A DNA stretch of 64,000 bases, from the NCBI GenBank assembly GCA_028534125.1, contig CM052818.1:3226001-3290000 (forward strand). Reading direction: 5' to 3'. A model generated the notes under the pieces. That model was not told the origin of the DNA and did not search any database. It was given only the letters and a program-made list of their open reading frames with translations. A program made the translations under genes and the position numbers. Shown piece by piece: positions 10,761 to 22,822 of this stretch (position 1 is its first letter; each line of letters begins with the position of its first letter). Source of the DNA: Lama glama. Lineage: Eukaryota.

Positions 10761-13668
10761 ATAAAGCATGTTTGCAGTTTTATCATAGCATCTAACTTGC
10801 TTTCAATTCAGACTGGTCTGCACAAAAGCAGTCTCTATCTCTCACTGTTTGCAAGTGCAGCCTTGCAACAAATCTGTGCTTCACTTCTTGTGATTAGTTA
10901 ACACAAAGTGTAGGCCCTTCCCCCATCCTTGGAGAATGAATGGATAGTGAGCTGAATCTACACAATTTTCTGTGAGTCTGAAGGGTTTGCAGTCCCCTAC
11001 TCTTATAATCTCAAGGACGTCAGGCTGCTGCCCTGTATACACTGTCAGATCACAAAATGGCTGGAAGTTCATTTGGGCACTTGACGAAACTGCATTTACT
11101 TCTTCAGGCCACTAGGTGATGAACAACTTGCAAACTTAGACTGCCAGGGAGGGTTGCGTTTAGGACAGTTTCTGTTTGTCCTGGAAATGCCATCACAAGT
11201 CATCTGGTACAACTTCATTAAAAGGTTTATTTTGGGGAAAGGGGAAACATGTCTTGTGTATACTTTGTCTTTCTCAGCTTTGCTCCAATTTTAAATATTA
11301 AGTTGACTAGGATACTTTGAGTGATTTTCTTAGAAATGGGGCATGGATGGTTATTTCAAGGTCCATTTATCTGTATATGTGTATGTATGTATATCTATAT
11401 ATCTGTCTTCATGAATGAATGATGTCTTGGTTGGGTTTAGGGTTCTTGAATAGTAGTCTTAGTCTCTACAAAATATGCAGCTTTCTACTGTCTTTAGTTT
11501 CTAGTGATACAGATGAAAAGTCCAATGCCAGTAGGATTCTTTTTCCTTTGTAAGTAATAACCTTTTCTCTCTGAAAGTTTGTAGATTTTTTTTTCATGCT
11601 TAGTATTTCATCATGATATGCTTAGGTATGATTTTTTAAAAAAGAACTCTGCTTACTACTTGATGAACCTTTTAGACTTAAAAATTTAAGTCTTTTCTTG
11701 GTTCGAGGTAGTTTTACTGCTTTCCTTCTGTCTATTTCCAACCTCCTTACTTCACAGATGAGGAAACTGAGCCCAGAAAGGTTAAGTGGCTTGTGTAATG
11801 GTCACTCAGGTAGTTAAAATGAACCTCAAGCAAATAACCGGATTCCCTTGATGAGCTACACTTTTCTTTGTATTGAATATTGCTCTTGTGAAAGAGCCAT
11901 CAAGAACTATTGGGAAGTTTTTTAGTGAGAGAGAAATTTTGACAAGGGTTCATGAGGAGATGAAGAAGGAAGAGGAGGTGATAGAAATCATTGTGATTAA
12001 ATTGTGGCCCTTATGAAGGACTGCAAAATTCAGAAGTCCCCCTCGTAGCCCAGTTTTTGGAGATATCCCAAGCTCTAAAACTTAATAAAGCTAGGAAGTT
12101 GATTGAGTATTTGGAGTGTTAAGATATTTAGTTGTCAGAGGTAGATAAGCATGGTCATGCCCTGTTGCAAATATTGGAAAACATATAAATGGCATCTGAA
12201 GGCCTGGAGACAGACATCATAAACTGTCTTATCAGTGGTCTGGTTTCTGTTTTGAGTTCCAGGCTGGGACCCTTCTTTGCCGGGAACCACCTGTTTTAGC
12301 TCTGTTGATCTTTGGATTTCCCCAGCCCTTCAGTCCCTTTCAGTTTTGAAATGAAACCTACCCTAGAGGGTGAGGTCAGGTACTGAAAGGACTTTGACAG
12401 CTCACGCCAGGTTGTTTTCTTTCCAGAGCCGTCCGGCATGAGACTGTGTGAGACGTGAGGCACAGCAGGCTGTGATGTAGACTAATTGATGGTGAATCAG
12501 CCATTGGGTAAGATGCAGGCAGTGTCAGCTCTTTGAGTAATGAGGAAAACGTGTAAACAAAATACACTCTTTCAGCTGACAGTGAAGAGTGCATTCGCCA
12601 GGGATCTACCCTCTCTTCCTCTGGTTTACTGGAGAAGGAAAGGCTTTATTTCAGTGTCTTTTCTCTTCATTTGTAGATCCTTCTTTCTGTTCAGGAAGGA
12701 GCCAAGTCTCTGGCCTTTTTCTGCTGCTCCAGAAATTTCTAAACTTTCATTCTGTGCCTCCCAGAATTGTTGCTTTGATATGGAGTGATGCCTCTAGATA
12801 GCCCTGCACACCCCCCTGCCCCATGCCCCAGCTGTTTCCCAGAATGCGGCTTCCCCTCTTCCCATTGCTGTAAACATGATTTCTACCATATCGTGGCACT
12901 TCGCTTGGAATCTTTATGAGTGGAACTGGCTCTTCCTTTAACTTGCTCCGTGCCACATACCCCTGCTTTTGCCTGAATGTCCCCCAGCCCCATCACCCTG
13001 CTCTGCAGAGCTGCTTCCAGATCCTCAAATACCTTTTCCTCTTTAAGGTTTCTGCTGGCCAGCACGGCCACCTGATTACTGACCTTGAAGCTGGCATTTA
13101 TACTCATTCTCCCATATTTGTTTAGGACTTTGGTATTTGCCCTCCCTTCCTGGAGTTCTGGCCCTGTCTAGGGGATCTGATCTCTTTTGCCCCTGGCCTG
13201 GGGCCAAGGATTCCGGATAGAGCATGGAATTAGGGGCCTTGATATGAACTTCCCAGACATGGGCAGATGGCAAGCCGGACAATTTGAACATCAAGGCCAA
13301 TGAGGGGTGGAAAGAACAGAGAAAATTTAATATCTAAAGCAAAGGATGTCCTTTGTAGGCTCCCTCTTCTGCCCATTTAAAAAATATGAGTTATTTTTTA
13401 GAACAGTTTTAGGTTCATGGCAAAACAGGGGAGAAGGTACAGAGATTCCCATTATTTTTTGCAAAATTGATCTTTAATTTTACAGAGAAATATAATGTAA
13501 AAAAGTCAAAACATTGTAGACATTTTGAATACTCCTGCTCCTCCCTCTTCAGTTATTTCTGTATTCCCAGAGGCACCTGTTTAGTGGCTTAGAATGTACC
13601 TCCTAGACTTTGTGTGTGTTTATGAACCTATGTATGAACCCAGAAAAAAATAAAGTGGTTTTTTTTGT

Positions 13669-13912
13669 AAATAAATACTTTTACTGAAGTATAGTCAGTT
13701 TACAATGTTGTGTAAATTTCTGATGTACAGCAGAATGCTTCAGTCACACATGAACATACATATATTTGTTTTCATATTCTTTATCACCATAAGTTACCAC
13801 AAGATACTGAGTATAGTTCCCTGTGCTTACAGTATGAACTTGTTTATCTGCTTTATATATATTTGTTAGTATCTGCAATTCTCAAACTCCCAATTCATCC
13901 CCCTCCCGCCTG
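13669..13912 (-). mobile_element. short L1 3'-end insertion within older L1M sequence
   Basis: CTGAAGTATAGTCAGTTTACAATGTTG...CTCAAACTCCCAATTCATCCCC. Flanked by TAAAGTGGTTTTTTTTGT / TAAAGTGTTATTTTTGT. Confidence 0.85.
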
Positions 13913-14199
13913 TAAAGTGTTATTTTTGTGATTTATTTAGTTGCACAGATGTGGTCACATTTTATGTATCGTTCTTACATTTCTTTCTTTGATTCAGTAA
14001 TGTGCCTTGACAGAATTCCATGTTGGTACATAAAGATACTTCTCATTCTTTTTGGCTACTGTATAATATTTCATTGAGTAGATATGCTGTATTTTATTTA
14101 TCTATTTTCCTATCGAGGGACGTTAAGGTATTTCCAGTGTTTTATTGTTATTAATGATTCTTTTTGTGTTTTAAATGTCAGCATTCTGGTCCTACTTTT

Positions 14200-15405
14200 T
14201 TTTTTTTTTTAACTTTTCTTCCTGCTCTCCCTCGGTGATCTCAACCTCTCTGACAGCTTCAGTTCTATCTACACATGGATGCTGCCCAGATCTCTCTCCA
14301 GATGGACAACTCCACTGGGATGCTTTGCAGACTCAGCAGAATGCAGCCTCCTGCTCTTCCCCTTTGGCTCCTCCTCTAGTGTCCTGTCAGGTGGTAAATA
14401 GCACCACCGCCCACACAGTTGCTAAACCCAGAGCCTGGTAGTCATTCTAAGTTCTCCCTTCCCTTCCCTTCCCTTCCCACAGCTGACAACCAGCCTATCA
14501 TAGGTCTTGCCATCTCCAGTACTTCTTGGATCCAGTTGCTTTCTTTTCTTATTCATTGTCACTGTCCTGTACCTTAGTTTCCTATTAATAGAGTATTTGT
14601 GAAGATTGAATGAATTAATACACATAAAATACTTAGAACAGTGGATCAGCAGCTAGTATGCATAGTGTTGCATAGTATGCATAGCTGTTACCATCATCAT
14701 TGTTTTTGTCCTCTTCTTCATCTAGGTCTACGTAATCCGCTCTCATATCTGCCTCTGGTCTTGATTTTACTCTCCCCCACCTCCATTCTGTTCTCCACAC
14801 TGTAGCCGGAGTGATCTTTATAAAATGTAAGAATGATCCTGATCTAACTCCTCTGCTTAAAAAGCTTCAGTAATGTTTCCATTGGGCTTTTGCACATGTA
14901 TACTGTTACCCATACCTATGTTTTTTCCCCTTGATCTTGAATGGCTGGTTCCTTTTTATTGAGATACTATTTTTAAATGTCATCTCCTCAGAAAGGCCTT
15001 CCTGGACCACCTAATGATTCTAAAGTGGCTACCAGTATACATACTTTGTATCATGTCACTTACTTTAGTTCTTTGCATGACACTTACAATATATGATATT
15101 TTTCCTAGTTTAGGAACATATTTGTTTATAGTCTCTTCCAATTAGAATGTAAATTTAGCAAGGATATTGTCTGTTTTATTTACTGGATTGTTTTGTTTTT
15201 TTGTTTTTAACTTTTTGGGGGAGCAGTTAGGTTTATTTATTTATTGAGGAGGTGCTGGGGATTGAACCCTGGACCTCGTGCATTCTAAGCATATGCTCTA
15301 CCACTTGAGCTATTTCCTCCCCCTATTTACTGTTGTATTCCTAGCACATAGGATAATGCCTGGCACATTGTAGGCACTCAATGAATACTTGTTAAGTGAG
15401 TGATA
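14200..15405 (+). mobile_element. L2 fragments (with internal MIR piece and SINE)
   Basis: CTCCACACTGTAGCCGGAGTGATCTTT, CATCTCCTCAGAAAGGCCTTCCTGGACCACC and 3' end GCCTGGCACATTGTAGGCACTCAATGAATAC. Confidence 0.7.
15186..15323 (-). mobile_element. tRNA-derived SINE, vic-1-like
   Basis: Reverse complement of the SINE head (GGGGATTGAACCC...CTCTACCACTTGAGCTA). TSD TATTTACTG at 15177-15185 / 15324-15332. Confidence 0.9.
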
Positions 15406-15434
15406 AAACAGCTTCATATGTCTTATGAGGCCCT

Positions 15435-16446
15435 CATTTTAAAATTTTTATTTATTTTTTTATTGAAGTATAGTTGATTTACAGTGTTGTGTTAGTCTCT
15501 GGGGTAAAGCATAGTAATTCAGTTATACATATATATATTCTTTTTCAGATTCTTTTCCATTATAGATTATTACAAGATACTGAATGTGGTTCACTGTGCT
15601 GTACAGTAGAACCTTGTTTATCTATTTTATATGCAGTAGTTTGTATCTCCTAATCCTAAACTCCTGATTTATTCCCTCTGCCCCCTCTCTAGCATCATCT
15701 ACCCCAGTGCAATCTCTACCTTGACCTTCCTACCACTTCCCTCTTTGGTAACTGTAAGTTTGTTTTCTATGTCTGTGAGTCTATTTCTGTTTTGTAAATA
15801 AGTTCATTTGTATCTTTTTTTTAGATTCCACATATAAGTGATATCATATATTTATCTTTCTCTGTCTGACTTAGTGCACTTAGTATGATAATCTCTAGGT
15901 CGATCCATGTTACTGAAAATGGCATTATTTCATTTTTTATGGCTGAGTAATATTCTATTGTATGTCTATACTACATCTTCTTTATGATGGAGAGTGGATT
16001 ATGTAGACTAAGATGAAGAAGAGGACAAAAACAATAATAATGCGATGATTATAGCTAATATCACATTCATCTGTCAGTGGACATTTAGGTTGTTTCCATG
16101 TCTTGGCTGTTGTAAATAGTGCTGTTATGGACATTGGGGTTCATGTGTCTTTTCAAATTAGAGTTTTCTCTGGATATATGCCGAGGAGTGGGATTGCTGG
16201 GTCATATGGGAACTCTATTTTTAGTTTTTTGAGTAATCACCATACTGTTTCCATAATGACTGCACCAAACTACATTGCCATTAACAATGTAGGTTCCCTT
16301 TTCTCCATACCTTCTTCAGCATTTATTGTTTATGAATTTTTTTAATGATGGCCATTCTGAGGTGTGAGGCAATACCTCATTATAGTTTCGATTTGCATTT
16401 CTCTGATAATTAGTGATATTGAGCATCTTTTCACATGCCTGTTGGT
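15435..16446 (-). mobile_element. 5'-truncated L1 with two non-L1 internal inserts
   Basis: Colinear with the L1s at 6737 and 56440. TSD TGAGGCCCT at 15426-15434 / 16447-16455. Inserts at 15685-15734 and ~15986-16063. Confidence 0.92.
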
Positions 16447-18469
16447 TGAGGCCCTTCTGGGTCTCTGTAGCATCATCTGCCCTGGTACATTCTCTACCTT
16501 GACCTCCCTACCTCCTCAGCTCATCCCATCTCTTCAGATATGCTTTCTTGTTGCAGATCTTTATATAAACTGGATCACTCTTCCTCTGGTGCCATGCCAC
16601 TGCCTGGGTGTCTCCTGTTGACCCTTCAAGTTTCATCTTAGGTGTAACTTCACCTGACTCAGCTTCTTAATCTTATATCTCCGCATGCATTGCCTTTAAC
16701 TGTTATACATATTGTAATTAGTTTGTCTCCTTCATTAGACTGTAAGTTCTATCAGACAGAGGCCTATGTCTTGCTCATCATGTATTCTTAGTCCTAGTTC
16801 TTGTAGGATAGAGGATCCCTTGAGGTGATGGTGGTGGGCAGGAGGGATGGAGTACCAGGGGTATTACCTGAGGGCTAAGAAGGTGCGCTTAGAATGGCAG
16901 AGTGAGGTCTAGACATTTGGCCTGGCTCGTTGTCATTCTCCTTATTCCATCTTTGGTGATTCCTGTGTTTTCCTGGATGAATCATCTAACATGCTTGTCT
17001 CTCTCAGAGACACCTTATAAAATCAGGCTATACCTGGCAGGGGACTTGCCCGTGAAGAGGGCATGAGTGCTTTGGATCAAGGCTGAGGATCTGGGTAGGT
17101 AGATTATTTATTCTGAGTGGCTGATGGCAGAATAACTGAGAGTGAAGTGGAATCCTAAGCAAGAAAGGAAGTAAAAGGCCTGAGGGATAAGGTGAGGCAA
17201 GGATGAAACAGGAAGCTGAATCATTAGGTCAAAAGCCTGGAGAATCAGAATGGTGGGTGGAGTATAAGAAGGAACAGGGCAAGCAGTTCAGGAGTAAGGC
17301 CATAAATAATCTTTGGGATTACTTAAATCATCTTTTAGTGTTCTTACTTCTTCAGTGTGGAACCAGCTTTTGGATTTTAGGAAGGATCAGATAGTTGACA
17401 CACAAGGGTTTAAGCTAAATCGCACATTGCTTTGTATTTTATATACATTTTAAAGACAAATCTCCAGAAATCCTTCCTTTTTTCCCCTGCTTCAGTTTCT
17501 GCTCCCAAGAGCCTTCCTTCCCTCCTTTTAAATGTACTAGGTTTAACTTGCTCATATTTTCTAAAAGTTTCCTGTATAGAAGCCTGTAGCAATCTGATGC
17601 TCCCAGGTGGGTTGAGGATACACCCTTCAGGTAGGGTGAGCATTCCTTCAGGTCACCTCCTCCCACCAAACCAGGCATAGAAGCTAGCCGCAGAAGTTCA
17701 AGTCTCCCTGCAAAATCTGAATCTGTGGAATTTCTCTCTAAATTGTGGGCAGGGACATGAGACTGTAGAATATAGGGTGGGACTCTATTGGTGAGGCATA
17801 GTAAGGAGTAGTGGAAGACGGCTGGGTGTGCATAGACGGTAGGATCTGAGGTGTGAAGGCAGTGGGCTTCAACATTTCTGACCTGGAACGATCCTAGAGC
17901 TTATGGCGGCATCAGGGCACTCTGACGTGCCAAGTGGAGAATCTTGGTCAGTAGGTTTAGTCATTAGCCCTTAGAGGTATTCTGCATGTTTTCCAACATA
18001 GCCTGGAGCTCCTCTGCAGACTGACTGGTAGCTGGCATCATGGCGGGTGCTGAGGGTCAGTCATTGGGGTAGAAACAGTGCTTGCTGAGGAAGGATGTTG
18101 TTCTCTTTTTGATGGTTGGACGGAGTGGTTGCACATACCCGGCAGTCTGTGGCCCGATCGCCTGGCCTTTGTGAGGTGAAGCATCTGCGCTCCCCTGTCA
18201 GTGCTCTACCGGGAGCCGGAGTTCATGGCCATTGTTGGTGATTTCCCCAAAAATGCTCCCTGGCTTTGAATCCTCTGCTCGCTAAGCCCCATGCTCTGAT
18301 GTCATGCCTTCTATTTACTGCTTTGGGACCTTCAAATTTCATATTCTGTTCTGACTCATTTTTTTAGATTATTTCATGCCCAGCTTGACTCTTGGCTCTA
18401 CACAGTCCCCTAATTTTGACACTGTCAGCCAGCCTCAAGTGAGGGCCCTCCCCTATAAGCTCTGTTCCT

Positions 18470-18690
18470 AGAGCTATGATTTTGAAGCTTTAATACATCA
18501 GAATTACCCATGGGGGCTTAGTGAGCAGTGAGGGCTGGATACTTACTTAAAATGCAGATTCCTGGTCTTTACTCCTGCTATTCTGATTGAGTGGGTATGG
18601 GGTGGTAACCAGGAATCTGCATTTTGATTAGCCTTCCAAGTGACTCTGATACAGTCATCATCTGCAGACCATTTTTGGAGAAACTCTGAC
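18470..18690. mobile_element. MER5-family (hAT-Charlie) MITE
   Basis: CATCAGAATTACC...AAAATGCAGATTCCTGGT (18549-18566) with perfect inverted partner ACCAGGAATCTGCATTTT (18608-18625). Ends TTGGAGAAACTCTG. Confidence 0.8.
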
Positions 18691-19139
18691 CATGCCACCC
18701 CACCCCCACCATCACTAAAGGGGAAGGAAAGGGATTTGAACCCTTTACTTGAATCCTGAGGTCCCAGGAACCTTGGTTTGTCACCTGTCATCCAGTAGGG
18801 ACAGTGGCTAACTGTCTCTATGTATTGGTACCTCATCTTCTCATTGTCATAGCCGGCACAGATCCCAGATGAGGTAGAGGGCCTTAATAACTCCTCCATG
18901 GCAGGCCGGTACATCTGGGATATACTGGGGGCTTTGACTTTGGACTCAGAAAGCAGGCTGGGACATACACTTTGAAGGCAGCTGATTGCACTTCAGAGTT
19001 GCTTCTGGGGTCCCCCTTTTCCTGTGCACGTTGAGCCTGCCCTTGTGTAGGCTGTCTTTTTTTGGTCTCCAAGCTGTCCTCATTCTGTTGCAGCCATCTA
19101 CACAACTTCCACTGTCCTTCTATAAAACAACCCAGCCTC

Positions 19140-19665
19140 ATTTCTCTCCTTTCAGATCCTTTGTTGCCTTCCTGTTACCCATACAATTGAGTTCAAATGT
19201 CTCAGGTTGGAATAAATAGTCTTGCACCATTTGACCCAAATTGTGGCCTACAAGGCCTAGCAAGATCTGGTCCCTGCCTGTATCTCAAGTCTCATTTCAG
19301 GCCCCTCTCCTGTCTCCTGCACGCACCCTCGCTTGCTCACAATTCTTTTAGCTGTCTGGTTTCAGGGCCTTTGCCTAGAATACTCTTTACCTTGCTCTTC
19401 ACCTCATTAACTATCCCTTCCCTTTACGTGTCATTTAAGTATTATCTCCTCTTAGAGGTCTTTTCTAGCCACTCTGTACAAAGCAACACCATGTCACTGT
19501 CTTAGCACCCCGTTTGCTTTCATTAGACCCCTTACCGCATTTTACTGGTTTGTCTTTCTCGTACTAGATTATAAGCTCCATGAGGACAGCGACCTTCTTG
19601 CTCACCGTTCTGTCTTCAGTGCCTAGTGCATAGAGGTACTCAGTAAGGACCTGCTGACTAAATTG
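19140..19665 (+). mobile_element. L2 fragment
   Basis: CTAGATTATAAGCTCCATGAGGACAG...CAGTGCCTAGTGCATAGAGGTACTCAGTAA. Confidence 0.7.
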
Positions 19666-20125
19666 CATTTCACCTTGTTGTCGGTACCTGTGTTGGTGCT
19701 TTGTGGCTCCGCATAGCTGTCACCCTGTGCGTGTGTGTTGTTGCCTCTGCCGGAAGTGCTCTTTCTCTCATTAACTGGACACATTCCTTCTCGTCCTTTA
19801 CCACTTCTCTAAGCAGTTCTTGGACTTCCCCAGGCAGTGCGAGTTCAACAGAGACAGCACTTTGATCTTCTTGAATAGACTTTTCACCCTGTGTGGCGAT
19901 TTCCCCTATGTAAGAGAGAGAGGGTATTGGCCTTGATTTATAGATGACAAGCCAGAGACTCTGAGAGATGGATTAACTTGCACATGGCAGAACTGAGATT
20001 CAAGCCCTGGTGTGTCTGTGGAGCCCTTACTCATTCTATCTCACTGTGCTTTCTCTAAAAGAGACTGAACAACAGACCCAGAGACACTGAAGTGAAACAG
20101 GTGTTTTTTAAAACAAAAGTTACTT

Positions 20126-20337
20126 AAACAAGGACCAACTGTATGGTACAGGGTTCGGGAGAGTAGCCTATCTGCATATTCTGAAAGGCCTTCGCTCAAT
20201 GTCTTGTAATAACATATAATGGAAAAGGATCTGAAAAAAAATATGTATGTAGATGTACAACTGAATTGCTTTGCTGTACATCTGAAACTAACATTGTAAA
20301 TCAACTACACTCCAATTTTAAAAAGTCAAAAAAAAAG
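20126..20337 (+). mobile_element. short L1 3' end with 41-nt internal insert
   Basis: AAACAAGGACCAACTGTATGGTACAGGG...GTAAATCAACTACACTCCAATTTTAAAAA with A tail. It is the reverse complement of the other L1 3' ends in the window. Confidence 0.85.
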
Positions 20338-20471
20338 AATTTGCTCAGTGTTGAGCAAAAATAAAAATTAACTTAAGTAATGAAAATGTATGTGTGTGTG
20401 TGTGTATACACACACATATGTAGATACATATTTTAAAATTTCCTCAGAGTTAAATACAGTGGAAGGTAGAT

Positions 20472-20772
20472 AGTAGTTGTCCCTTATTGGAGGTTTCACT
20501 TTTTGCAGTTTCAATTACTTCAGGTCTGAAAATATTAAATGGAAAATTCCAGAAATAAACTTCTTAAGTTTTAAATTGCGTGCTGTTCTGAGTAGCATGA
20601 TGAAATCTCATGCTGTCCTACTCCTTCCTTTCCAGGATGTGAATCATCCCTTTGTCCAGCATATCCATGCTGTATATGCTGAAGGGAAAAACATAGCATA
20701 CATAGAGTTTGGCACTCTCCATGGTTTCAGGATTTGGAATGTATCCCACACAAATAAGAGGGGACTACTGTA
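20472..20772. mobile_element. MER44-like (TcMar-Tigger) DNA transposon fossil
   Basis: GAAAATATTAAATGGAAAATTCCAGAAATAAAC...GTGAATCATCCCTTTGTCCAGC. Terminal ...GGGGACTACTG followed by TA. Confidence 0.8.
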
Positions 20773-21419
20773 CCATTGACAAACCATTTATAAGGATGAT
20801 GGGGTAAGAGGTGACCATAATATTCAAAGAATTATGCATATTTCATGTGTTCCCTTGATCATATCTTTGGTGACTCCTTGTGACAATGACAAAGTCAACA
20901 TAAAACCTAGTAGATATGAACTGAGGTGAAACGCTGTTAAATTCAAACTAAAGCAAATGTCAGTCATCATTCATAGTTGCTTGGAGGCGTTATAAAGAAT
21001 GAAATCAACATTTTTACTGAGGGAAAAATGTGCAAAATTAGTGTGCAAAGCCTTTAACACATTTTGCTTTAAAGTGTATCTTACTATATATTGATAAGGG
21101 GCTAGTTGAGTAAATTATGGTGGATAGCACCATGCTGTCCAGTAATTAAAAAGAATGAGAGAGATACACCACCCTCATACATACATACGCATACACTCTC
21201 ACACACTGATGTGGAACAATCTCTAAGAGCTATCTTTCAGAGAAAACTAAAGCAAGCAAAATAATGTTTGTGGCATGCTAGTGTTAGTATTTATTTGTGT
21301 GGGAAAAAAAGGGGGACTCTGTACTTGTTATACCCCAATTACCTCTAAGTTTGTTATTTGTTTTTTAAGTATCTTTTTGTATTTCTGAAAATTTTTAACA
21401 CACGTGTATGTTATCTTTT

Positions 21420-21825
21420 TAAAAATTGTGGTAAAAAATACATACAATTTATCATCTTAACCATTTTTAAGTGCATGGTTCCGTAGTGTTAAGTATATTC
21501 ATATTGTTGTGCAACAGATTGCCAAAACTTCATTTTGCACAGTTGAAACTCTTATACCCATTAAACAGCAGCCCCTCATGTTTCCCTCCCTCTGACCCCT
21601 GGTAACAACCCTTCTACTTTCTGTTTCTAGGAATTTGACTCTTTTAGATACCTCCTGTAAGTAGAATCGTATAGTATTTGTCGTCTTGTGTCTAGCTGAT
21701 TGCACTTAGCAGAATGTCTTTGAGGTTCATCCATGTTGTACCGTGTAATAGAATTTCTTTCTTTTAGGCTGAATAATATTCCATTTTGCGTGTGTACCAA
21801 TTTTCTTTATCTAGTCATCTGTCAA
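21420..21825 (-). mobile_element. old L1M (L1MB-like) 3' region
   Basis: TTAACCATTTTTAAGTG...CCCCTGGTAACAACCCTTCTACTTTCTG...GAGGTTCATCCATGTTGTA. ORF 21499-21705 (-) has L1-3' derived residues (KFLETESRRVVTRG). Confidence 0.8.
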
Positions 21826-22226
21826 TATATTGTCTTTTGTACAATTTTTAAAGTACTTTGCTTCATTTTATAATTATGAACCTGAAAAGCTGGATGTAAA
21901 TGTGTGTGTGGAGGGGTGGTAATAGGAAGAGGGGTTGGGGATTGGTTAAATGGTATCTCCCTAAACTTCTCAGCAAGGAGAAAGATCCCTTTTTCTAGTG
22001 AATAATTCCCAACTTCATGTCTTAGATTTTTGTATTTGAGATTTTTCTTGAATTGAAACACATTTCTACTAAGAATAGAACTAAAAAGGGAGATTGTGTT
22101 TGAAATAGAAGATACCTCTGTATGCCAGGATTTTCCCACCATTTGTCTTACTTGTTTTACAACCTCCATTTATCTTAATAGCACCTCTCTTACACTAGAA
22201 ATGTGTAAAATGAGTCCCCCTTTTTA

Positions 22227-22492
22227 TTGAAGTGTAGTGGATTTACAATATTAGTTTCAGGTGTACAGCGTGGTGATTTGGTGTTTTGCAGATTATACTC
22301 TATAAGTTAAAAGATAATGGCTATAATTTCCTGTGCTATAGTATATCCTTGGTGCTTATTTGTTTTTTACATAGTAATTTGTATCTGCTAACCCCATACT
22401 CCTAATTTGTCTCTCCCCACTTTTCTCTTCCCTTTGGTGACCACTAGTTTGTTTTCTATATCTGAGTCTGTTTCTGTTTGACGTATACACTG
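22227..22492 (-). mobile_element. short L1 3' end
   Basis: TTGAAGTGTAGTGGATTTACAATATTAG... TSD GAGTCCCCCTTTTTA (22212-22226) / GAGTACCCCTTTTTA (22493-22507). Confidence 0.88.
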
Positions 22493-22771
22493 GAGTACCC
22501 CTTTTTAATAACATGTTTACTGTGTGTTGATTTTTATTTTTCCAAATGGAGTAAATTCTTTAAGCATGAGGCATGTCTTATGATTATATCCTGTAGTGAT
22601 GAGCATAATAGAAGTTGCTATTGACTACATATCAAGGAAGACAAGGGAGGGGTGGGGAAAGAGGAAGAGACTCCTCTAACGAGATGAGTGCTTTGGATTT
22701 TCTCTGATTTCATTTTGTGTTCTTCACTAGTGAAGAATTTCTTCCACTTGCAGACCAAGTGTGTTGGAGGA

Positions 22772-22773
<2 letters not shown>

Positions 22774-22809
<36 letters not shown>

Positions 22810-22822
22810 TGTGAGAGAGAGA
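22774..22822. repeat. (TG)n/(GA)n microsatellite
   Basis: About 17 TG units followed by GAGTGTGAGAGAGAGA. Confidence 0.95.

Noticed and set aside
18549..18625. 18-bp perfect inverted repeat, pre-miRNA-like
   Set aside because: It is the intrinsic palindrome of MER5-family MITEs.
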